NCBI GenBank assembly: GCA_001750625.1
Contig: MEIE01000003.1
Coordinates: forward strand, 4,852-68,851
Reading direction: 5' to 3'
Length of the DNA: 64,000 nucleotides
DNA from: Candidatus Amphirhobacter heronislandensis
Lineage (GTDB): Bacteria; Pseudomonadota; Gammaproteobacteria; Tethybacterales; Tethybacteraceae
Each line of letters starts with the position of its first letter. Positions within the stretch are counted from its first letter, which is position 1. A program made the translations under genes and the position numbers. Below the pieces are notes generated by a model. The model did not search any database. It saw nothing but the letters and a program-made list of their open reading frames with translations, and was not told the origin of the DNA. Shown piece after piece: positions 58,635 through 64,000 of this stretch.

Positions 58635-59722
58635 GTCCGCGCCGGCAGCGCGGCGAGCAGCTGCGCGTTGTTCTCCTCGGTGCCGACGGTCGCGCGCAGC
58701 CAGTTGGCGAGGCCGTACTCGTCGATGTTGCGGATCACCACGCCGCCGCGCAGCAGCGTCATGAACATCGCGGCGCCGTCGCCGCTGGCGAAGCAGATGA
58801 AGTTGCCGCAGGAAGGAATGGTCGGGTAGCCCTTGGCCGCGAGGCCTTCTTGCAGCTGGGTCATGCCGGCGCGGTTGGCATCCTTGGAGCGCGCGATGAA
58901 ATCATCGTCCGCGAGCGCGGCGGCGGCGGCGGCCTGCGCGGCGCTGTTGGCGTTGAAGGGCTGCCGGACCCGGTTGAGCAGCGCGAGCAGTCCGGGCTGC
59001 GCGAGGCCGTAGCCGATGCGCAGGCCGGCGAGGCCGTGGATCTTGGAAAAGGTCCGGCTGATCAGCAGGTTGGGATGCTTGGCAAGCAGGGCTAGCGTCG
59101 GCCCCGGGCCGTCCTCGACGTACTCGTGGTAGGCCTCGTCGAGGACCACCAGCACGTCCTCGGGGATTTTCGCGACGAAGGCCGCGACCGCCTCGGGCTC
59201 ATGCCAGCTGCCGGTCGGGTTGTTCGGATTGGCGACGTAGACGATGCGCACGCCGTCCTGCTGGCAGGCCTCGGCCATCGCGTCGAGGTCGTGGCCGAAG
59301 TTCGCCGCGGGGACCTCGATGGCCTCGGCGCCGCGGGCGAAGGTCGCGAGGCGGTAGACGACGAAGGAGTGCTGCGCGTAGACCGCCTTGGACCCCGGGC
59401 GCAGCGTCAGGGTCGCGGCCATCTCGAGGATGTCGTTCGAGCCGTTGCCGCAGATCACCTGCTCGGGCTCGAGATTGAGTTTTTTGGCGATCGCCGCCCG
59501 CAGCGCGACGGCGGCGGCGTCCGGGTACAGGTGCGGCGCGTAGTCCTGCGGCGCGGCGAGCGCCCGCAGCGCGGCCGGGCTGCTCCCGAGCGGGTTTTCG
59601 TTCGAGGACAGCTTGACCGTGACCTCGACGCCGATCTCGCGGCCGATCTGCTCGACGGTCTTGCCCGCCTGGTACGGCTGCAGCTTCAGGACGCTGGGCG
59701 GGACGTGGCGGTCGACGGCCAT
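58631..59722 (-). CDS. hisC: Histidinol-phosphate / aromatic aminotransferase
   Basis: 363-aa class-II aminotransferase with KLSSNENPLG and the PLP lysine context RTFSKIHGLAGLRIGY. Confidence 0.85.
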   Translation of the reverse strand: MAVDRHVPPSVLKLQPYQAGKTVEQIGREIGVEVTVKLSSNENPLGSSPAALRALAAPQDYAPHLYPDAAAVALRAAIAKKLNLEPEQVICGNGSNDILEMAATLTLRPGSKAVYAQHSFVVYRLATFARGAEAIEVPAANFGHDLDAMAEACQQDGVRIVYVANPNNPTGSWHEPEAVAAFVAKIPEDVLVVLDEAYHEYVEDGPGPTLALLAKHPNLLISRTFSKIHGLAGLRIGYGLAQPGLLALLNRVRQPFNANSAAQAAAAAALADDDFIARSKDANRAGMTQLQEGLAAKGYPTIPSCGNFICFASGDGAAMFMTLLRGGVVIRNIDEYGLANWLRATVGTEENNAQLLAALPART

Positions 59723-59727
59723 GGTCC

Positions 59728-60453
59728 TCAGGCGGCCAGCAGCTCGGCGATGCCGATGCGGTTCTCGTACAGGGCCTTGCCGACGATCGCGCCGCCGAGG
59801 CCGGCTTTGCGCGCCTCCTCGACGTCGGCGAGCGCGGCGACGCCGCCGCTGGCGATCACCGGGCAGGCCAGCAGCTGCTGCAGCTCGGCGCTGGCTTCGA
59901 GGTTCGGGCCCTGCAGGGTGCCGTCGCGGGCTATGTCGGTGTGCGCGACCGCCGCGAGCGGCAGCTCCTTGACGCGCGCGGCGAAGTCCAGGGTGCGGAC
60001 CGCCGCGTCCTGTTCCCAGCCGTTCACCGCCAGGCTGCCATCGCGGGCGTCCAGCCCGAGGATGATCCGCCGCGGCCAGCGTTCGCAGGCCGCGGCCAGG
60101 AAGCCTTCGTCCGCGACCGCCGCGGTCCCGACGATGGCGTAGTCCGCCGCTTCGAGGCAGGCTTCGATCGCGGCCAGGTCGCGCAGGCCGCCGCCGACCT
60201 GGACCTCGATGGCCGGGTTTTCCTTCTTCGCGGCGTCGATGGCGGCGGCCACGCCGGCGCGGTTGGCGGGGGCGCCGCGGCGCGCGCCGTCGAGGTCGAC
60301 GAGGTGCAGCCGCCGCGCGCCGTGGCGGGCGAAGGAAGCGGCCTGCTCGGCGGGGCTGGCGCCGTAGACGGTGGCGGCGCCGTAGTCGCCTTCGCGCAGC
60401 CGGACGACGTTGCCATCAAGCAGGTCGATGGCAGGAATCGGCAAAAAGTCCAT
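59728..60453 (-). CDS. hisA: ProFAR isomerase (HisA family)
   Basis: 241-aa (beta/alpha)8 ORF with IPAIDLLDGNVVRL, VQVGGGLR, TDIARDGTLQGPN and ASGGV. Confidence 0.85.
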   Translation of the reverse strand: MDFLPIPAIDLLDGNVVRLREGDYGAATVYGASPAEQAASFARHGARRLHLVDLDGARRGAPANRAGVAAAIDAAKKENPAIEVQVGGGLRDLAAIEACLEAADYAIVGTAAVADEGFLAAACERWPRRIILGLDARDGSLAVNGWEQDAAVRTLDFAARVKELPLAAVAHTDIARDGTLQGPNLEASAELQQLLACPVIASGGVAALADVEEARKAGLGGAIVGKALYENRIGIAELLAA

Positions 60454-60926
60454 TACTGGAGGCGGGCCAGCTCTTCTTTGATCGCCCGGACGTTGATGCC
60501 GTGGCTCTCCATCTTGAGGCTGTAATATTCGTAAAGTTCGGCGTCCTCCTGCCGGGTGAGCCGCGCGCGCTTGTCGCGGGCTTCCTGGAAGGCGAGCAGC
60601 TCGCGGTTGTGCTCGCGGATGAGGATGCGGGCGCGGACGCTGTCGGCGCGCGCCTGGGCCGGGCCCGAATCCTGCTTGCCGCTACCGTTGGCGCTGGACT
60701 GCTGCTGTTGCTGCTGCGGCTGGCTGCTGGAGCGGACCGGGTTGCCGGCGCTGTCGACCTCGCGGCAGGCGTGGCCCTGCATGAGGCGGTTGGTCTTGAT
60801 CTCGATGGGCGAATCGTCCCGCTTGCAGATGTACCACTGGGCGGGGGCGGCGGCCGGCAGCAGCGCCGCCAGCAGCGCGAGCGCCAGCGCGGCGGTCGCG
60901 GTCCTGCTGCTAATAAAATACGGCAT
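60453..60926 (-). CDS. Secreted DUF4124-like protein with poly-Gln tract
   Basis: Signal peptide ending AAAPAQ, then WYICKRDDSPIEIKTN (DUF4124-like), a QPQQQQQQ linker and a charged C-terminal helix. Confidence 0.5.
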   Translation of the reverse strand: MPYFISSRTATAALALALLAALLPAAAPAQWYICKRDDSPIEIKTNRLMQGHACREVDSAGNPVRSSSQPQQQQQQSSANGSGKQDSGPAQARADSVRARILIREHNRELLAFQEARDKRARLTRQEDAELYEYYSLKMESHGINVRAIKEELARLQ

Positions 60927-60985
60927 CGGCTGCGGCTGGCTGCCGGGCCTGCGGGCCCGCGGCGGCAGCCAAGCATTGATTCTAT

Positions 60986-61969
60986 ATGTTGAAGAAAGCC
61001 GCCGCGTCCAAGCGCCGCCCCCGGCCGGCCCGCAACCCGGGCATGCCCCTCGACGCGGGCCTGGTCGCCGGCGTCCGGGTCAATCATTTCGCCGCGCTGC
61101 GGCGCGCGGCCTCGGTGGTCCAGCGGCGCGCGGTCAAGAAGGAGGCGCAGAAGGCCTGGCTGCTGCAGGCGATTCGCTGCATGGACCTGACCACGCTCGC
61201 CGGCGACGACACCGCCGGCCGGCTCGCGCGGCTGTGCGGCAAGGCCCGCGCGCCGCTGGCGCCGGGGCTGCGGCGGGCGCTGGGCGCCCCCGCGTCCCTG
61301 CGCGCGGCGGCGGTCTGCGTCTACCCGCGGCTGCAGCGGCGGGCGCAGGAACTGCTCGAGGGCAGCGGGATCCCGGTGACGCCGGTGTCGACCGGCTTTC
61401 CGGCCGGCCAGATCGGCACGGCGGCGAAGCTGCGCGAGATCAAGGACGCGGTCCGGGCCGGCGCGCCGGAGATGGAGACGGTGATCACCCGCGAGCACGT
61501 CTTCACCGGCGCCTGGCGGAAGCTGTACGACGAGGTGAGTTCCTTCCGCGACGCCGCCGGCGAGGCGCACGTCAAGGTCATCCTCGCGGTCGGCGACCTG
61601 CGCTCGCTGCGGGCGGTCGCCCAGGCGGGCATGGTCGCGATGATGGCCGGCGCCGACTTCATCAAGACCTCGACCGGCAAGGAGGCGACCAACGCCAGCC
61701 TGCCGACCGCGCTGGTGATGCTGCGCATGATCCGCGACTACGAGGAGCTCAGCGGCAGCCGGGTCGGCTTCAAGCCCGCCGGCGGCATCTCGGCCGCGAA
61801 GGACGCGCTGCGCTACATGGTCCTGGTCCGCGAGGAGCTGGGCCCGGCCTGGCTGGAGCCCGGGCTGCTGCGGCTGGGCGCCTCCTCGCTGCTCGGCGAC
61901 GTCGAGCGGCAGCTCGAGCACCACGCGACCGGCGCCTACAGCGCCACGCACCGCCACGCGCTGGCCTGA
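60986..61969 (+). CDS. deoC: Deoxyribose-phosphate aldolase, long (DERA-like) form
   Basis: VNHFAALRRA...VKKEAQKAWLLQAIRCMDLTTLAGDDT and the Schiff-base lysine context FIKTSTGK. The start may instead be the internal ATG near 61040. Confidence 0.85.
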   Translation: MLKKAAASKRRPRPARNPGMPLDAGLVAGVRVNHFAALRRAASVVQRRAVKKEAQKAWLLQAIRCMDLTTLAGDDTAGRLARLCGKARAPLAPGLRRALGAPASLRAAAVCVYPRLQRRAQELLEGSGIPVTPVSTGFPAGQIGTAAKLREIKDAVRAGAPEMETVITREHVFTGAWRKLYDEVSSFRDAAGEAHVKVILAVGDLRSLRAVAQAGMVAMMAGADFIKTSTGKEATNASLPTALVMLRMIRDYEELSGSRVGFKPAGGISAAKDALRYMVLVREELGPAWLEPGLLRLGASSLLGDVERQLEHHATGAYSATHRHALA

Positions 61970-64000
61970 TGGCGCCGCTCGCCTACGGCCCCGCGCCCGA
62001 AGACGACGCGCCGGCCCGCGCCTGGCTGGACGCGCGCAGGGCCAAGCTCGGCCATTTCATCAACGGCCGCTTCAGCCGCGCCGGCAAGGGGAGCTTCGCG
62101 GTCCGCGAGCCGGCGACCGGCCGCCTGCTGGCGAAGCTGCCGCAGGCCGGGGCCGCCGAGGTCAACAAGGCGGTCGCCGCGGCGCGGCGGGCGCAGCCGG
62201 CCTGGGCGCGGCGCGGCGGCCACGAGCGCGCCCGGCTGCTGTACGCCCTGGCGCGGCTTTTGCAAAAGCACGCGCGGCTGTTCGCGGTGCTCGAGAGCCT
62301 GGACAACGGCAAGCCGATCCGCGAGACCCGCGACATCGACATCCCGCTGGCGGCGCGGCACTTCCACCACCACGCCGGCTGGGCGCAGCTGCAGGACGAG
62401 CTTTTTCCCGGCCGGGCGCCGGTGGGGGTGGTCGGGCAGATCATCCCGTGGAACTTCCCGCTGCTGATGCTGGCGTGGAAGGTGGCGCCGGCGCTGGCTT
62501 TGGGCAACGCGGCGGTGCTCAAGCCGGCCGAGCAGTCGCCGCTGACGGCGCTGCTGTTCGCCGAGCTCGCCGCCGAGGCCGGCCTGCCGGCGGGCGTCCT
62601 CAACGTCGTCCTCGGCGACGGCCGCTGCGGCCGGCTGCTGGTCGAGGCCGACGGCGTCGACAAAATCGCCTTCACCGGCTCGACCGCGGTCGGCAAGGAC
62701 ATCCGCCGCCGGACCGCCGGGCGCGGGATCTCGCTGAGCCTGGAGCTCGGCGGCAAGTCGCCGTTCATCGTCTTCGGCGACGCCGACCTCGACGCCGCGG
62801 TCGAGGGCATCGTCGACGGCGTGTGGTTCAACCAAGGCGAGGTCTGCTGCGCGGGCTCGCGGCTGCTGGTCCAGGAAAGCGCCGCGCCGCGGCTGCTCGC
62901 GAAGCTGGCCCGCCGCCTGCGCGACATGCGGGTCGGCGACCCGCTGGACAAGAGCACCGACGTCGGCGCGGTGATCTCGGCGGCGCAGCGGGCGCGCATC
63001 GAGCGCATGGTCGCCGGCGGCGTCAAGGACGGCGGCAGGCTGCTGCAGGGCGAATTGCCGCGCGGCCTGCCCGCCGGCGGCTGCTACTACCCGCCGACGC
63101 TGCTGCTCGACGTCCCGCGCGACGCCGAGGTCGCGACCGAGGAGGTCTTCGGCCCGGTGCTGGTGGCGCACACCTTCCGGACCAGCGCCGAGGCGGTGGA
63201 GCTGGCGAACAACATCCGCTACGGGCTGGCCGCGAGCGTCTACGCCGAGGCCGGCGGCCTCGCGCTGGAGGTGGCCCGGCGGCTGCGGGCCGGCGTGGTC
63301 TGGATCAACTCGACCAATCTGTTCGACGCGGCGGTGGGCTTCGGCGGCTACCGCGAGTCGGGCTTCGGCCGCGAGGGCGGGATCGAAGGCGCCTATGAAT
63401 ACCTCAAGGCGCCGCTGCCGACGCGCCGCAAGCCGCCGCGCCGTTCCCGGGCCGGGGCTCCTCCCGAAGCGGCGGCCGGCGACGGCATCGACCAGACCGC
63501 CAAGCACTACATCGGCGGCAGGCAGAGCCGGCCCGACGGCGGCTACTCGTACGCGGTCGCCGACGCGCGCGGCGGCCTCGCCGGCTACGCGGCGCGCGGC
63601 AACCGCAAGGACGTCCGCGACGCGGTCGCCGCGGCGCGCGCGGCCGCAGGCAAGTGGGCGATGGCGGGGCCGCACCTGCGCTCGCAGCTGCTCTACCACC
63701 TGGCCGAGAAGCTGTCCAAGCGCCGGGCCGAGTTCGCCAGCCGCCTGCGGCAGCTGACCGGCGCGACGCCGGCGGCGGCGCGCAAAGAGACCGAGGGCGC
63801 CTGCGCGCGCCTGTTCCACTACGCGGCCTGGTGCGACCGGCACGAGGGGGTGGTGCACGAGCCGCCGCTGCGGGGCCTGGCGCTGGCGCTGCCCGAGCCG
63901 CTGGGCGTGGTGGGCGCGGCCTGCCCCGACGAGGCGCCGCTGCTGTCATTCGTCAGCCTGCTGGGGCCGCTGCTGGCGGCCGGCAACGCGGCGGTGATGC
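61969..64000 (+). CDS. Tandem (fused) aldehyde dehydrogenase, partial, running off the window end
   Basis: The ATG at 61969 overlaps the deoC stop (TGATG). The first ALDH domain has IIPWNFPLLM, LELGGKSP and GEVCCAGSR and ends at about GFGREGGIEGAYEYLK. With no stop codon, the frame continues through a Pro/Arg linker into a second ALDH N-terminus (TAKHYIGGRQSRP...). It is absent from the ORF track because no stop lies inside the window. Confidence 0.8.
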   Translation, partial: MAPLAYGPAPEDDAPARAWLDARRAKLGHFINGRFSRAGKGSFAVREPATGRLLAKLPQAGAAEVNKAVAAARRAQPAWARRGGHERARLLYALARLLQKHARLFAVLESLDNGKPIRETRDIDIPLAARHFHHHAGWAQLQDELFPGRAPVGVVGQIIPWNFPLLMLAWKVAPALALGNAAVLKPAEQSPLTALLFAELAAEAGLPAGVLNVVLGDGRCGRLLVEADGVDKIAFTGSTAVGKDIRRRTAGRGISLSLELGGKSPFIVFGDADLDAAVEGIVDGVWFNQGEVCCAGSRLLVQESAAPRLLAKLARRLRDMRVGDPLDKSTDVGAVISAAQRARIERMVAGGVKDGGRLLQGELPRGLPAGGCYYPPTLLLDVPRDAEVATEEVFGPVLVAHTFRTSAEAVELANNIRYGLAASVYAEAGGLALEVARRLRAGVVWINSTNLFDAAVGFGGYRESGFGREGGIEGAYEYLKAPLPTRRKPPRRSRAGAPPEAAAGDGIDQTAKHYIGGRQSRPDGGYSYAVADARGGLAGYAARGNRKDVRDAVAAARAAAGKWAMAGPHLRSQLLYHLAEKLSKRRAEFASRLRQLTGATPAAARKETEGACARLFHYAAWCDRHEGVVHEPPLRGLALALPEPLGVVGAACPDEAPLLSFVSLLGPLLAAGNAAVM

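Noticed and set aside
60690-60725. CTG/CAG-rich tandem-looking tract
   Set aside because: It simply encodes the poly-Gln linker (QPQQQQQQ) of the DUF4124-like protein on the minus strand. It is not an independent repeat element.

Overview
High-GC (about 70% by eye) proteobacterial chromosome segment with beta/gamma-proteobacterial gene order: gloB-methyltransferase-rnhA-dnaQ, mpl-murU-amgK-lptD, DUF3579-argF-argG, metX-metW, an RNB ribonuclease next to aroE, and mreBCD-mrdA-rodA-rlpA. I support about 60 protein-coding genes, one tmRNA and four tRNAs (Ser-CGA, Pro-TGG, Arg-TCT, His-GTG). Nearly all the long alternative-frame or antisense ORFs in the track are GC-driven artefacts. The only clearly accessory DNA is a compositionally mosaic, lower-GC island at about 18.36-24.77 kb. 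It holds a small membrane ORF, an AAA+/DUF4143-type ATPase and a ~1597-codon single-chain Type ISP restriction-modification gene (nuclease, translocase, methylase, TRD). That gene is split over three reading frames. The first break sits at a G9 homopolymer, and the second sits where codon usage switches from AT-rich to host-like GC-rich third positions. I did not find a clearly new multi-gene system, so the island is the best candidate for follow-up. Other observations worth checking: (1) TAGAAT -10 boxes lie 6-10 nt upstream of several start codons, suggesting leaderless mRNAs, including a palindromic back-to-back ilvA/rpiA promoter; (2) purD and alr both carry out-of-frame internal lesions; (3) a signal-peptide ankyrin-repeat protein is bracketed by tRNA genes; (4) a tandem-fused aldehyde dehydrogenase ORF runs off the window end and is missing from the ORF track; (5) a lone hisA sits inside a hisC-tyrA-aroA cluster. 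All functional calls come from reading motifs in the translations. No database search was run.
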